Source: an uncultured Syntrophobacterales bacterium
GTDB taxonomy: Bacteria > Desulfobacterota > Syntrophia > Syntrophales > UBA5619
Length of the DNA stretch: 64,000 nt
Reading direction: 5' to 3'
Assembly: GCA_903928915.1 (NCBI GenBank)
Contig: CAIYSL010000068.1
Span: 159,274-223,273, forward strand
Shown here: piece by piece, positions 44,527 through 54,841 of the stretch
Layout of the letters: the number at the start of each line of letters is the position of its first letter
Position numbering within the stretch: the stretch's first letter is position 1
The notes under the pieces: generated by a model
The model's database searches: none
Told to the model about the DNA's origin: nothing
What the model saw: the letters and a program-made list of their open reading frames with translations, nothing else
Translations under genes and position numbers: made by a program

Positions 44527-46032
44527 ATGGGGCAAGCGGGAACCGCGGCAGCGATGACCGGGGTTGGGCTGAAGAAGATTCTCGTCGTCGACGACTACAT
44601 CGCATCGCGGGAGATGATCTCCGAGGCGCTCGGGCAGAGCGGTTCTTACGAGATTCGCGAAGCGGAAGACGGCTTCAAAGCGTTGCAGCTGTTTCAGCAG
44701 GAGCATTTTGATCTCGTGATCAGCGATATCATGATGCCCGGCATGAGCGGAATGGAACTGCTGAAGCGCATAGCGGAGATCAACCCCGACACCGCGGTGA
44801 TCATGATCACCGCGTACCCGGAAACGACGCTGACCGTTTCGGCGATGAAAAAGGGGGCGGTCGATTTTCTGGCCAAACCGTTCAAGATCGACGACCTCCT
44901 GTTCAAGGTCAACATCTATCTGCGCGAAAAAACCCTCCTGGCCGCGGAATCGCAGGAGAGCAAGGAATCAGCCGCCACCCTGAAAAACAAGACCCGCGAG
45001 CTCTCCCTGCAGGGGTATATCTACGATTCGATCGAGAATACCTTCGGCGATAACAAAGACATCTTTGAAAAAATTGCCGATATGGCCATGAACGTCGTGG
45101 AAGGGGAGAGCTGCGCGCTGCTGCTGTACGACGCCGAGGAAGAGGAATTCCGGCCGCAAATCGTCATGCGGGGCGCTGCGCCGCATGTCCCGCAGAAGGG
45201 GGCCGATCAGGCGTGGCTGGGGCCGTGCAGGCATGTAGTGACGACCAAGGAAGGATTGATCGTGCAGGCGTCGGGGCATCCGCGCAAGGAGCCCTCCCTG
45301 ATCTGCGCCCCGCTGATGATCAGAGACCATGTCTTCGGTGTACTGTACATCCAGAAGAACGGCAATCGGGAACCCTTCAGCGAAAAGGACCTGCAGTACA
45401 TCCTGAGTCTGACGAAGCGGGCCTCGTTGAACCTCGAAAACAAGATCCTGTACGAGAGCATCTTCAACAACATTCTGGAAACCTTCAAATCGTTGATCGC
45501 CTCCATCCAGGCGCGCGATTTCTATACGGAGGAGCATTCGCTGCGGGTCACGAAGATGGCCGTGTCCCTTGCCCGCAGCCTGAAGTGCCCCGAGCAGGAC
45601 ATCGAATCGCTCAAGATCGCGGGCACCCTGCACGACATCGGCAAGATCGCAATCCCCGACCAGATCCTGCTGAAACCGGCCCATTTATCGTCCCCCGAAT
45701 ACCGGGTGATCCAGGAGCATCCGGTCATCGGTGAGCGGATTCTGAAGCCGATGCTGCTGTTCGATCGCGAACGGGAGATCATCATTCATCATCACGAGCG
45801 CTGGGATGGGACCGGCTATCCGCACGGCCTTGCCGGGGAAGCCATCCCCTACTTGTCGAGGATCCTGGCTGTCGCGGATTCATACGATGCAATGACGACC
45901 GATCGCCCGTACAGCAAGGCAATGCCCGCGCAGACCGCCTTGGATGAGCTGGCGCGCAACCGGTACAAGCAGTTCGACGGCCGGATCATCGACTGCTTCC
46001 TCGACACCCTCCTGTCCCACAAGGAATCCTAG
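44527..46032 (+). CDS. Response regulator REC-GAF-HD-GYP (putative c-di-GMP phosphodiesterase)
   Basis: ILVVDD...SDIMMPGMSG...KPF; GAF (LICAPLMIRDHVFGVL); LHDIGK, HHERWDGTGYP, ADSYDAMT.DRPY. Confidence 0.92.
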   Translation: MGQAGTAAAMTGVGLKKILVVDDYIASREMISEALGQSGSYEIREAEDGFKALQLFQQEHFDLVISDIMMPGMSGMELLKRIAEINPDTAVIMITAYPETTLTVSAMKKGAVDFLAKPFKIDDLLFKVNIYLREKTLLAAESQESKESAATLKNKTRELSLQGYIYDSIENTFGDNKDIFEKIADMAMNVVEGESCALLLYDAEEEEFRPQIVMRGAAPHVPQKGADQAWLGPCRHVVTTKEGLIVQASGHPRKEPSLICAPLMIRDHVFGVLYIQKNGNREPFSEKDLQYILSLTKRASLNLENKILYESIFNNILETFKSLIASIQARDFYTEEHSLRVTKMAVSLARSLKCPEQDIESLKIAGTLHDIGKIAIPDQILLKPAHLSSPEYRVIQEHPVIGERILKPMLLFDREREIIIHHHERWDGTGYPHGLAGEAIPYLSRILAVADSYDAMTTDRPYSKAMPAQTALDELARNRYKQFDGRIIDCFLDTLLSHKES

Positions 46033-46232
46033 CAGAACGGTCTCGTCCGCCGCCTTCGCCGCCGGTGGCATGGATATTGATAGCATCAATGTCCAGGAGC
46101 CTCTCGTCGATCGCCTTTGCCCGCTCCGGCCAGAGGGCATCCAGAGGCGGGCGAAGCGGGGCATTCCGCTAAACAGCAGCAGCTACCGCATGTTGCTGCG
46201 GGCAGTTCGCCGGGACAGGAGATATCGGGACG

Positions 46233-47000
46233 ATGTCGCTGGGAGCGATACAGGGGATTCCGTTCGCGGGGCCTTCCGCAAGGAAGGAACCGGGTGAACC
46301 GCCGGAGAAACCGGTCGGTGTTCTGCGGCCTTCCCCGTCCTTTATCGCCTCCCTCGCGGATGCAGAAAGCCGAAGGGAGCGACCTACCGAGGGGGGAGAT
46401 CGCCCCGCGGCACCGTTGAACGAGAGGCTCGGCCAGTTTCTGCGCGCGCAGCAGACCCAGATGAACATCCGGCTGCTCGACAGTCTCACAGGGCGGGGCG
46501 ACCGGGGAGAACCCGCAGCCGGTTCGCTCGAAACCCTGGCGGCAGACTCCCTGCGCCGCACGCTGGTCGAGGAGTTGTCAAAAAATAGGCAAGATGTACA
46601 AAAAAATGACGCTCCGGCGTCGCCGCAGGGATTGACCCCGATCATCCGCCGGGCGGCGGAGACGTATGGGGTGGACCCCGGCCTCATCCGGGCGGTGATC
46701 AAGGCGGAGAGCAACTTCCAGCCGCAGAGCACCTCTCCCAAAGGGGCAATGGGGCTGATGCAGCTGATGCCGGAAACGGCCCGGGAAGTGGGGGTGAATG
46801 ATCCCTACGACCCGTTCGAGAATGTGATGGGCGGGACGCGGTACCTCAAGCGGCTGCTCGATCGCTACCAGGGCAACATCCCCCGGGCCCTGGCCGCGTA
46901 CAATTGGGGTGCGGGGAATGTGGAAAAATATCCCGACCGGCTGCCGCGGGAAACGCGTGACTACATCCGGCGAGTTACCGAGGAATATCGTTCCGCATGA
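46233..47000 (+). CDS. Lytic transglycosylase (SLT domain) with N-terminal extension
   Basis: AVIKAESNF, SPKGAMGLMQLMP, AAYNWG, ETRDYI. Confidence 0.92.
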   Translation: MSLGAIQGIPFAGPSARKEPGEPPEKPVGVLRPSPSFIASLADAESRRERPTEGGDRPAAPLNERLGQFLRAQQTQMNIRLLDSLTGRGDRGEPAAGSLETLAADSLRRTLVEELSKNRQDVQKNDAPASPQGLTPIIRRAAETYGVDPGLIRAVIKAESNFQPQSTSPKGAMGLMQLMPETAREVGVNDPYDPFENVMGGTRYLKRLLDRYQGNIPRALAAYNWGAGNVEKYPDRLPRETRDYIRRVTEEYRSA

Positions 47001-47049
47001 CAGGTGAGCGCGGCCCCGGTCCGCGCAGTGAATTTCGGTGGAAGGGCAT

Positions 47050-47298
47050 ATGAGCGGTCTGTCCCCTATTGATACCCGTGACGACAAGATGCTGCCGGCG
47101 GTCTACCGCCGTTCCGACATCGTCCAGAGGGCAAACGTCGCCGCGAGGCGGCCATCGCCGGAGCGGCCCGAGGGGAAGAGCCTCGCCGCGACCGACGGTG
47201 CAGCCAGCGGCGGATACACACGCAAACCGAGCAGTTCTGCCGCGACGGTCGGTGCGGGCCCCCCCCGCAAGGGAATGATCGTCGATGTGTGGGCGTGA
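47050..47298 (+). CDS. Small hypothetical protein with a C-terminal GxxVDVxA motif
   Basis: GAAGG RBS; ends KGMIVDVWA. Confidence 0.55.
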   Translation: MSGLSPIDTRDDKMLPAVYRRSDIVQRANVAARRPSPERPEGKSLAATDGAASGGYTRKPSSSAATVGAGPPRKGMIVDVWA

Positions 47299-47388
47299 TC
47301 GCGACACGATCCGGCGCGATTTCCGGCGGAGGGATCGATTCTGTGCAGTGGCTCACGGGCGAGCCTTTTCCCAGTCCCGGAGGTGGGT

Positions 47389-48408
47389 ATGCTGATGTCA
47401 CCAGGTGAGGGGTTGCAAAAAATTCCCGTCCGGAATCTGCAGGTCGGCATGTACGTCATCATGCCGGTTTCCTGGAAGTCGCACCCCTTCCTGATAGGTC
47501 GGTTCCGCATCTCCTCCCCCGCGCAGATCCAGAAGATCAGGGACGCCGGCCTCGAAGAGGTGATGGTCGATCCGGCACGGAGCAGCGTTCCCTGCCTGGC
47601 GTCCGCCGTGCCACCGGCGGGGTCCCGCCGGCCGGAGACGCAGCCGGAAAAGAAAGACGCCGGCGCAGTAGTCGCTACCCTGAAAGATGCCGTCAAGGAG
47701 GCCGCAGAGGACCGCACGCTCCCCCGGGAGGAGAAGGCGAAGGTCGTTTACAGCCGGGCCGTCGAGATGATCGACAGTGTGCTTGAGCAGCCCGATAGGC
47801 AGAATATCAAGACATCGAAGGAGGCCATCGCTGCGGTCGTCGACATGATCCTCGCGGACCGGGATACGTCGCACTACCTCGCCCGGATCACGAGCCACGA
47901 TTTCTACACCTACACCCACTCCGTCAACGTGGGGTTCCTGGCGGTGTGCCTGGCAAAGACGATCCTGCAGGATTCGGATAACCACAACATGCACGAGCTC
48001 GGAGCGGGGTTCTTCCTCCATGATCTCGGCAAGGTGCGCATCGGCCCGGAGATAATCAACAAACCCGGACGGCTGTCCGGCGAGGAGATGGCGGAAGTCC
48101 GGAAACACCCCGCGATGGGATTCAAGATACTCAACGAATGCCGGCAGCTGACCGAGGAGTGCCGGACGATCGTCCTGCAGCATCACGAGCGGAACGACGG
48201 GTCCGGGTATCCTCACCAGCTGCGCGGTCAGGAGATCCATATCTACGGCAGGATCTGTTCGATCGCCGATGTCTACGACGCCCTGACGTCGGACCGTCCG
48301 TACCGGAAGCGGATGCAGCCCTTCGAGGCCCTGCGGTTGATGAAGGACGACATGATGCACCACTTCCAGAAGGACCTGTTCGAGAAGTTCGTCCTGATGC
48401 TTTCCTGA
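47389..48408 (+). CDS. HD-GYP domain protein with DUF3391-like N-terminus
   Basis: NLQVGMYV...W.SHPFL; YTYTHSVNV, LHDLGK, HHERNDGSGYP, ADVYDALTSDRPY. Confidence 0.92.
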   Translation: MLMSPGEGLQKIPVRNLQVGMYVIMPVSWKSHPFLIGRFRISSPAQIQKIRDAGLEEVMVDPARSSVPCLASAVPPAGSRRPETQPEKKDAGAVVATLKDAVKEAAEDRTLPREEKAKVVYSRAVEMIDSVLEQPDRQNIKTSKEAIAAVVDMILADRDTSHYLARITSHDFYTYTHSVNVGFLAVCLAKTILQDSDNHNMHELGAGFFLHDLGKVRIGPEIINKPGRLSGEEMAEVRKHPAMGFKILNECRQLTEECRTIVLQHHERNDGSGYPHQLRGQEIHIYGRICSIADVYDALTSDRPYRKRMQPFEALRLMKDDMMHHFQKDLFEKFVLMLS

Positions 48409-48491
48409 GGCCTCGGCCGCAAGCGGCCCCTTCGGAAAAAGCCCGCCTCCGGTCGCCTGCCCGTGTTTTGCCCCGCCCGCCTGTGCCTCGG

Positions 48492-50387
48492 TTACAGCCT
48501 CGCGATGACGCCCAACTTGATCGCCTGCAGCACGGTCCGTTTGGTCCGTTCGATATTCTTTTCGAAGTAGTGGCTGTTGCGCTGGATGTAGTACCGTATC
48601 TCCGGCGGCGCCGTCTGGGCGGTGGCGATCTCCCGCACGAGGGACTGCAGCTCTTCCTGGGTGCGAAACCTGCGCACGAACAGTTCCCCCCAGTGATTCT
48701 GATACAGAAAGTGCAGGTCGTCCATGCTCTTCTTGTTCGGCGGGCCGTCGAAACTCACGACCACCAACCCTTTGACGATCTGTTCCGGTTCGATGAAGTT
48801 GGTGAAGTCGATCGCGGCTACGTCGTGGCTGCCGAAGGTTTCGTGAATGACCTTGGAGAGGTTGATGATTTCCTGGATCGTCACCGCGGTGGGGTTGTAT
48901 TCCATCCGCGCCTGGCCGGGTCCGGAGATGCCGTTCCAGATCAGGTAGGCAAGGCAGGTCACGATGTCGCGGTGGGAGATGATGACGTCGGCCGGATTTG
49001 CCGAGTCGCAGATCTGCCATTTGTTCCCGTTCTTCTTGAAGGTCAGCGCCGGCAGGGTCATGTGGCCGGTCGGCTTGTGGATGACGGGGATCTTGTCGGT
49101 CTTGTGCACCACGCAGGAGGCGATCTTGCGGCCGATGATGGACATGTCGGTGGCCGACAGGGATGACGGCACCGGAGAGTCGTTGATCGATTTGTAGATG
49201 TCCAGCAGAAAGCGGAAGATCTTCTCGCCGAAGGCCACCTGCTCCGAGAAGCTCCAGGTACGGAATTCATTCAGGCGGTAGACGGTGCTGCGCTCGAACC
49301 GGTGCATCGTCAGGAGGTCGGCGGCGAGCGCTTCCTTCAGCCCCTGCCGTTTCGAGAACATCTTGAGGTCGAGACGCAGATAGACGCACTGTCTGATGAA
49401 CTCGAGCGTCTCCGGCTTGGCGAGCTGATTGTGCTCGAGGATGGCTTCCACGGTGTACAGACTCGGGTCGGACTGCGCGGGGGTGGCGCTCTTCTGCAGG
49501 ATCAGCTTGCGAAACCGTGAACAGAGCAGCTCCTCCGGGGGCCGGTCGATCTGCATCTTGAGCAGCAGCATCTTGATGATCGATTTCAGCGGATAGGTGA
49601 ACGATTTGTTGAGCTGCCACAGCGCGGCCCCGAAGTATTCGTCCTGGCTGATCGGTTCGATGTCGCCCAGATCGACAAAATCCTGCCCCTCCGCCTCGTC
49701 ATGAGCCAAGGTATTGGCGACGTCGCGATAGCCGTCGGAATTCCCCGTGTCATTACAGACCCACCACAGGGGGATCCTCCCGGCAATCACGATCATCGTA
49801 CGGTAGAATTCCTCCTTGAGAATGTTTTTCTGCGCCGTGCCGCAGCTCTCCTCATCCACTTGTCCGAATTGACAATTTCTGATGTCCGCCACGTCGCTGA
49901 CAAAGAAATACACGGGCAATTTCAGCTGGGTGTCGAGCCAATTCTTCAGCAGGTTCACCTTCTGGGAGAGCTGCTGGAGCCCCGGGGAGTCGTAACTGCC
50001 CTTATCGATGCACAGCCAGATATCGCAATCGGAGTACTCCGTCTGGGCGATCGTCCCGGAGCTGCCGATCGTGTAGACCCCCAGGATGGTGTTTGCCTGG
50101 GGGCAGAACTTCAGGAGCGATTCCCCCTCGGGGACTCCGAAGCGGCGTTTGAATGCGTCTTCCCTGCGGAGGATCCCCTCCTCCCGTTGAATGTTGGCTA
50201 CCTGGATCGGGATCTTGAGACCCTGTACATAGCCGGGGCATGACGGATGATTGACGCTCAGCAGCCAGGGGATGAGAAAGAGGATCGTATCGGCATCCTT
50301 CGGGCTCAAATCTAGAAATGTACGCTTCCGGGCCTCGTTATAGTTCAGAAAGCTTTCTTTTTGTTCGATGATCGTCTTTAGGCGCAA
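48492..50387 (-). CDS. cyaA: Class I adenylate cyclase (CyaA-like, shorter than the enterobacterial enzyme)
   Basis: YTIGSSGTIAQT..SDCDIW, ESCGTAQ..ILKEEFYRT.IVIAGRIPLWW, YFGAALWQL.K...PLKS. TTG start 50387 with GGAGG RBS preferred over ATG 50474. Confidence 0.85.
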   Translation of the reverse strand: MRLKTIIEQKESFLNYNEARKRTFLDLSPKDADTILFLIPWLLSVNHPSCPGYVQGLKIPIQVANIQREEGILRREDAFKRRFGVPEGESLLKFCPQANTILGVYTIGSSGTIAQTEYSDCDIWLCIDKGSYDSPGLQQLSQKVNLLKNWLDTQLKLPVYFFVSDVADIRNCQFGQVDEESCGTAQKNILKEEFYRTMIVIAGRIPLWWVCNDTGNSDGYRDVANTLAHDEAEGQDFVDLGDIEPISQDEYFGAALWQLNKSFTYPLKSIIKMLLLKMQIDRPPEELLCSRFRKLILQKSATPAQSDPSLYTVEAILEHNQLAKPETLEFIRQCVYLRLDLKMFSKRQGLKEALAADLLTMHRFERSTVYRLNEFRTWSFSEQVAFGEKIFRFLLDIYKSINDSPVPSSLSATDMSIIGRKIASCVVHKTDKIPVIHKPTGHMTLPALTFKKNGNKWQICDSANPADVIISHRDIVTCLAYLIWNGISGPGQARMEYNPTAVTIQEIINLSKVIHETFGSHDVAAIDFTNFIEPEQIVKGLVVVSFDGPPNKKSMDDLHFLYQNHWGELFVRRFRTQEELQSLVREIATAQTAPPEIRYYIQRNSHYFEKNIERTKRTVLQAIKLGVIARL

Positions 50388-50577
50388 AACATCCTCCCTC
50401 CGCCTGCTTGTCTCTTTTTTGCACGGAGATCGACCCGAACCTGGCATCGTTCCGGCAGAGCAATCTCCTTGCAAGAATCAAACCTATCGAGTGGCACAAA
50501 GTGGTCATGAAAATTGCATGGAGAATCGGGATCGGTCTCCGGGAAAGGGGATCGCTGAGGGAGGTGCGGGAAGCGGC

Positions 50578-51486
50578 ATGGATGTAAAGCTCATCAATCC
50601 TTTTCTTCTCGGGGCAAAAGACGTGTTGTCGACCATGGCGTATGTAGAGATGGACATCGGGAAACCCTACGTAAAGCGGGACTCACTGGCCACCGGGGAC
50701 GTAAGCGGCATCATCGGGTTAACGGGAGATGCGATCGGCTCGCTGGCGATCAGCTTCAGCGAGGCCTGCATCTGCGGGATAGCGGGGAGCATGCTCGGCG
50801 AAACCTTTGCCAACGCCAATCAGGAGGTGTTCGATGCCGTGGGGGAGATCACCAACATGATTTCGGGGGCCTCCCGCACCTATCTGGAAAAGGATTCCCT
50901 GACCGTTTGGGCGGGCATCCCTTCCGTGGTATTCGGCAAGGAGCACCGGGTGAAGCACATCCTGCAGAGCCCCAGCATCGTCATCCCCTTTTCCACGAAA
51001 TTCGGTTCATTCTTCGTGGACGTGTGCATCAAGTCCACCGTAAAGCGGGCTGCGGAAGCCACGGTGCAGACGGCGAAAAGGCCGGGCAAGTTTGCCTTGG
51101 ACGGAAGGGTCACCCCCGTAGCTCCGGCTGTGCCGGCGACTGAAGAAGCGATGCCGGAGATGCCTTCGCTGGCCGCCCCGGCGGGGATGGCGGAATTGAC
51201 GCTCGACGGGCGGATCGAGTTGCTGAAGAAGCAGTTGGAGGAGACCAAAGCGGTCAAGGAGTCGCTGGAGAATCTGCTAAGAGAGAAACCGTTCATGAAT
51301 TTTCAGATGCGGCAGAAATACAAGAGTGCCATCCCGGTGTACGATAAGAAGATCAAGCGGATTAAACTGGATATCACCGCGGTGGAGATGCTCAAGAACA
51401 TGCCCGCGGGCGACGACTCGCCGGTTGAACTCCCGCGCCATTATCAGAATTATCCGACAAAGAAACCCCCGCAGCAGCGAAACTGA
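50578..51486 (+). CDS. cheX: CheX-family chemotaxis phosphatase with long C-terminal extension
   Basis: INPFL...VLSTMA, GDVSGIIGLTG, DAVGEITNMISG (ExxN), PSVVFG, IPF. Confidence 0.85.
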   Translation: MDVKLINPFLLGAKDVLSTMAYVEMDIGKPYVKRDSLATGDVSGIIGLTGDAIGSLAISFSEACICGIAGSMLGETFANANQEVFDAVGEITNMISGASRTYLEKDSLTVWAGIPSVVFGKEHRVKHILQSPSIVIPFSTKFGSFFVDVCIKSTVKRAAEATVQTAKRPGKFALDGRVTPVAPAVPATEEAMPEMPSLAAPAGMAELTLDGRIELLKKQLEETKAVKESLENLLREKPFMNFQMRQKYKSAIPVYDKKIKRIKLDITAVEMLKNMPAGDDSPVELPRHYQNYPTKKPPQQRN

Positions 51487-51641
51487 GAGCCTCCTTCCCT
51501 GCCGGGAGCCTCGGTCGACCACCGGGTCCCGGGGCGGGTGTGGCCGCGGCGGGCGCTCCGCCGGCGCGGGATGCGGCGCGCTTTCGGTACGGACAAATCA
51601 TTGTCGAAAACCGGCCATATGTGGTAATGAAATCAGCGGGT

Positions 51642-53261
51642 ATGAAAAAAACAGCACACAACAAGCATCCGGAGGGCACCGGCGATCGCCGCAGGCGGGT
51701 CCCTGCCCGGGAGTCGGAGCTGGAGGCCCTTCGCCGGGCCGAGGCCGACCGATGCATCATCCTAGAGGAAAGTCCCGCGGGTATCGCCGTGCTCCGGGAC
51801 GATCCCTTGCGACTCGTGTACGCCAACCCGGCCATGGCCGCCTTGACGGGCCGCAGGCCCGACGAGCTGCTCTCCCCGGCGGAGGGGGGGCCTGCAGGCT
51901 GGGTCTACGAGCAGGACAGGGCGGAGTTGCAGGAACGGGTTCGCGGCTGCCTCCGGGGGACGACAGGCCCCTGTCTGTTCGAATTCCGCTGCGTACGGAA
52001 CGAGGGGAGCATCCTGTGGCTGACCGGATCTTTCCGGGCTGCTCGCTACGGGGGAGAACCGTCTCTGCTGGCCGTGTTCATCGATATGACGGAACGAAAG
52101 CTCCGGGAGGAGCGGGCGGCAAAGATGGAAGGCCGGCTGCGCCAGGCGCAAAAGATGGAGGCGATCGGAACCCTGGCCGGAGGTATCGCGCATGATTTCA
52201 ATAATTTACTCATGGGAATTCAAGGCTATGCCTCGTTGATGCTGGTGGGCATGGGACCCGGGCCTCACTACGAACGGCTCAGGAGCATCGAGGATCAGGT
52301 TCGCAGGGGGGCGGAGCTGACACGGCAGCTGCTCGGGTTCGCGCGCGGCGGCCGGTACGAGGTGAAACCCCTGAACCTGAACGAAGCGGTGCGCAAGAGT
52401 TCGACGCTGTTCGCCCGGTCGCGGAAGGAACTGACGCTCCAGCGGAATCTGAAACAGGGGCTCTGGGCGGTGGAGGCGGACGGGGGGCAGATCGACAAGG
52501 TTCTGTCGACCCTGTTCATGAATGCCTGGCAGGCGATGCCCGGGGGCGGGACACTGACGATCGCGACGGGCAACGTGGAGATAGGGGAGGACCATTCGCT
52601 GCCCTACGAGGTGTCTCCGGGCCGTTATGTGCGGGTGGCCGTTTCGGACACCGGAATGGGAATGGACGAACAGACGCAGCAGCGGGTGTTTGACCCGTTC
52701 TTTACGACAAAGGCGATGGGACGGGGGACCGGGCTCGGGCTGGCGACGGTGTACGGAATCGTGAAGGGGCATGGGGGGTTCATCCAGGTGGACAGCGCCC
52801 CCGGCCAGGGTGCGACCTTCACGTTTTTTCTCCCCGCGACGAGCCGGCCGACGCGGATCGACCCGGACAGACGGGAAGTCCGAACGGCTGGCGGCAGCAA
52901 GAAAACCATCCTCGTCGTGGATGATGAACCGGCGAATATGGACGTCACAAAGGAGATTCTCGAAATCCTCGGGTTCAACGTCAAGACTGCCGCCAACGGC
53001 AATGAGGCAATAGCCGTCTATCAGGAATACGGTGAAGAGATCACCCTGGTCATCCTCGACATGATCATGCCCGGCATGGGCGGCGGAGAGACGTTCGACC
53101 GGCTGAAACTGATCAACCCCGATGTGCGCGTCCTTCTGTCCAGCGGCTACAGTCTGGAAGGCCAGGCCAAGGATATTCTGAACCGCGGCTGTCTGGGGTT
53201 CATTCAGAAACCCTACAAGATCGATGAATTATCCAACAAAATAAACGGTTGCCTCCCCTGA
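51642..53261 (+). CDS. Hybrid sensor kinase PAS-HisKA-HATPase-REC
   Basis: QAQKMEAIGTLAGGIAHDFNNLL, DTGMGM, FFTTK...GTGLGL, ILVVDDE...LDMIMP...KPY. Start approximate. Confidence 0.93.
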   Translation: MKKTAHNKHPEGTGDRRRRVPARESELEALRRAEADRCIILEESPAGIAVLRDDPLRLVYANPAMAALTGRRPDELLSPAEGGPAGWVYEQDRAELQERVRGCLRGTTGPCLFEFRCVRNEGSILWLTGSFRAARYGGEPSLLAVFIDMTERKLREERAAKMEGRLRQAQKMEAIGTLAGGIAHDFNNLLMGIQGYASLMLVGMGPGPHYERLRSIEDQVRRGAELTRQLLGFARGGRYEVKPLNLNEAVRKSSTLFARSRKELTLQRNLKQGLWAVEADGGQIDKVLSTLFMNAWQAMPGGGTLTIATGNVEIGEDHSLPYEVSPGRYVRVAVSDTGMGMDEQTQQRVFDPFFTTKAMGRGTGLGLATVYGIVKGHGGFIQVDSAPGQGATFTFFLPATSRPTRIDPDRREVRTAGGSKKTILVVDDEPANMDVTKEILEILGFNVKTAANGNEAIAVYQEYGEEITLVILDMIMPGMGGGETFDRLKLINPDVRVLLSSGYSLEGQAKDILNRGCLGFIQKPYKIDELSNKINGCLP

Positions 53262-53623
53262 TCCGCTGTTGCGCGACGGGACCGCGTTCCCGCCGCCGCT
53301 GTCCTCCGACCGCCGCGCATGGTCAGCGAGGCCCGGCCGGTCCAGCACACTTCATTACTGCTATGACGGGGTGTAATCCCGGCGGCGCACAGGCAGGTGC
53401 CCGATTCACGGTCTGCCGGCCTGGGGAGCGAGGGGATTCCCCGGCAGCGAATCCGATTCGAGCGGACGAAAATCCGGCGCGGCCGGAATCCGTCCGGTCG
53501 GAGCGCACATGCGGATGCAGCGCAGCGACCGGGCCCGCAACCGTCAGGGAGTTCAACCCCGGGGAGGCCGGCGGCGTTCCTTCTGCCAGCCCGGCCGCCG
53601 CAGGGTCGGGAGCGGCCTGCTGT

Positions 53624-53651
53624 TTGACAATTCGGACAACGTCGCTATGTT
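53624..53651 (+). promoter_or_regulatory. Candidate sigma70 promoter of msrAB
   Basis: TTGACA-N16-TATGTT. Confidence 0.5.
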
Positions 53652-53682
53652 AACTCAATAACTGTACACAAGGGGGGCGGGT

Positions 53683-54780
53683 ATGAGGAACAGAGTGATG
53701 CTGCTCGGCCTGATCGTGTTCACCATTCTTGGCTGCGACAACGGGCAGACGAGCCAGAGGGAGGTACAAAAGAGCATGGCGGAAGCGAATCAATCCGGCG
53801 CGGTAGCCACCTTCGCCGGCGGCTGCTTTTGGTGCGTGGAGTCCGATTTTGAAAAAATTCCGGGCGTCCTGAAGGTCGTCTCGGGCTATACCGGGGGTAC
53901 GGGAGAAAATCCGACCTATGAAACGTACGGCAAGTTGGGGCACATCGAGGCCGTCCAGATCAGCTACGATCCGGCCAGGGTAAGCTACGCGCAGCTGCTC
54001 GAGGTGTTCTGGCGGCACATCGATCCGACGGACAGGGAAGGACAGTTCGTCGACCGCGGTCCCTATTACCGCAGCGCCATCTTCACCCACAACGAAGAGC
54101 AGCGGCGGCTCGCTGAGAAATCCAAGGAAGAGCTGGGGAAATCGAGCAAATTCGCAAAGCCGATCGTGACCGAGATCATCGGGTTCACCCGGTTCTACCC
54201 CGCCGAGGAGTACCATCAGGACTACTACAAGAAGAATCCGCTCCGGTACCGGTACTACCGCCATGGTTCGGGCAGAGACCAGTTCCTGGAGAAGGTATGG
54301 GGGGCGGAGCGCGAAGGGCGGCAGGCCCCGACGGGGGATTCCTACCGCAAGCCCGACGACGCGACCCTGCGGAAGAAGCTCACCCCGATGCAGTACCAGG
54401 TCACCCAGCGGGACGGCACCGAGCCGCCCTTCCAGAACGAGTACCACGACAACAAGCGGGCGGGGATTTACGTGGACATCGTTTCGGGCGAGCCGCTGTT
54501 CAGCTCGCGGGACAAGTACGATTCGGGGACGGGATGGCCCAGTTTCACCAAGCCGCTCGAACCGGGCAACATCGTGGAAAAGGAGGATCGCGGGCTGTTC
54601 ACGACGCGCACCGAGGTGCGGAGCCGCCACGCCGATTCCCACCTCGGGCATGTCTTCCCGGACGGCCCGAAGCCGACAGGATTGCGGTACTGCATGAACT
54701 CGGCCGCCCTGCGCTTCATCCCGAAGGAAGACCTCGAAAAAGAGGGGTATGGCAAGTATGTGACGCTGTTTAACAAGTAA
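53683..54780 (+). CDS. msrAB: Lipoprotein-type bifunctional peptide methionine sulfoxide reductase MsrA/MsrB
   Basis: Lipobox ILGC; Msr[19 protein letters not shown]; Msr[28 protein letters not shown]. Confidence 0.96.
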   Translation: MRNRVMLLGLIVFTILGCDNGQTSQREVQKSMAEANQSGAVATFAGGCFWCVESDFEKIPGVLKVVSGYTGGTGENPTYETYGKLGHIEAVQISYDPARVSYAQLLEVFWRHIDPTDREGQFVDRGPYYRSAIFTHNEEQRRLAEKSKEELGKSSKFAKPIVTEIIGFTRFYPAEEYHQDYYKKNPLRYRYYRHGSGRDQFLEKVWGAEREGRQAPTGDSYRKPDDATLRKKLTPMQYQVTQRDGTEPPFQNEYHDNKRAGIYVDIVSGEPLFSSRDKYDSGTGWPSFTKPLEPGNIVEKEDRGLFTTRTEVRSRHADSHLGHVFPDGPKPTGLRYCMNSAALRFIPKEDLEKEGYGKYVTLFNK

Positions 54781-54841
54781 TCTCGAATCGGCGGGGGCCG
54801 CGTGCCCCCGCCGAGCGAAGGAATCCTCCCAGGGAGCCCCG

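Noticed and set aside
50502-50518. TGGTCATGAAAATTGCA upstream of cheX as a sigma54 promoter
   Set aside because: GG-to-GC spacing is 11 nt, not the strict 10.
53262-53620. ~360-nt GC-rich intergenic stretch as an ncRNA or small ORF
   Set aside because: No recognisable RNA family or convincing RBS-led ORF; short AATCCG repeats are too weak. An Rfam cmscan would decide.
54788-54814. 11-bp GC hairpin between msrAB and the acyl-CoA synthetase as a terminator
   Set aside because: No U-tract on either side; may be a stabilising stem.
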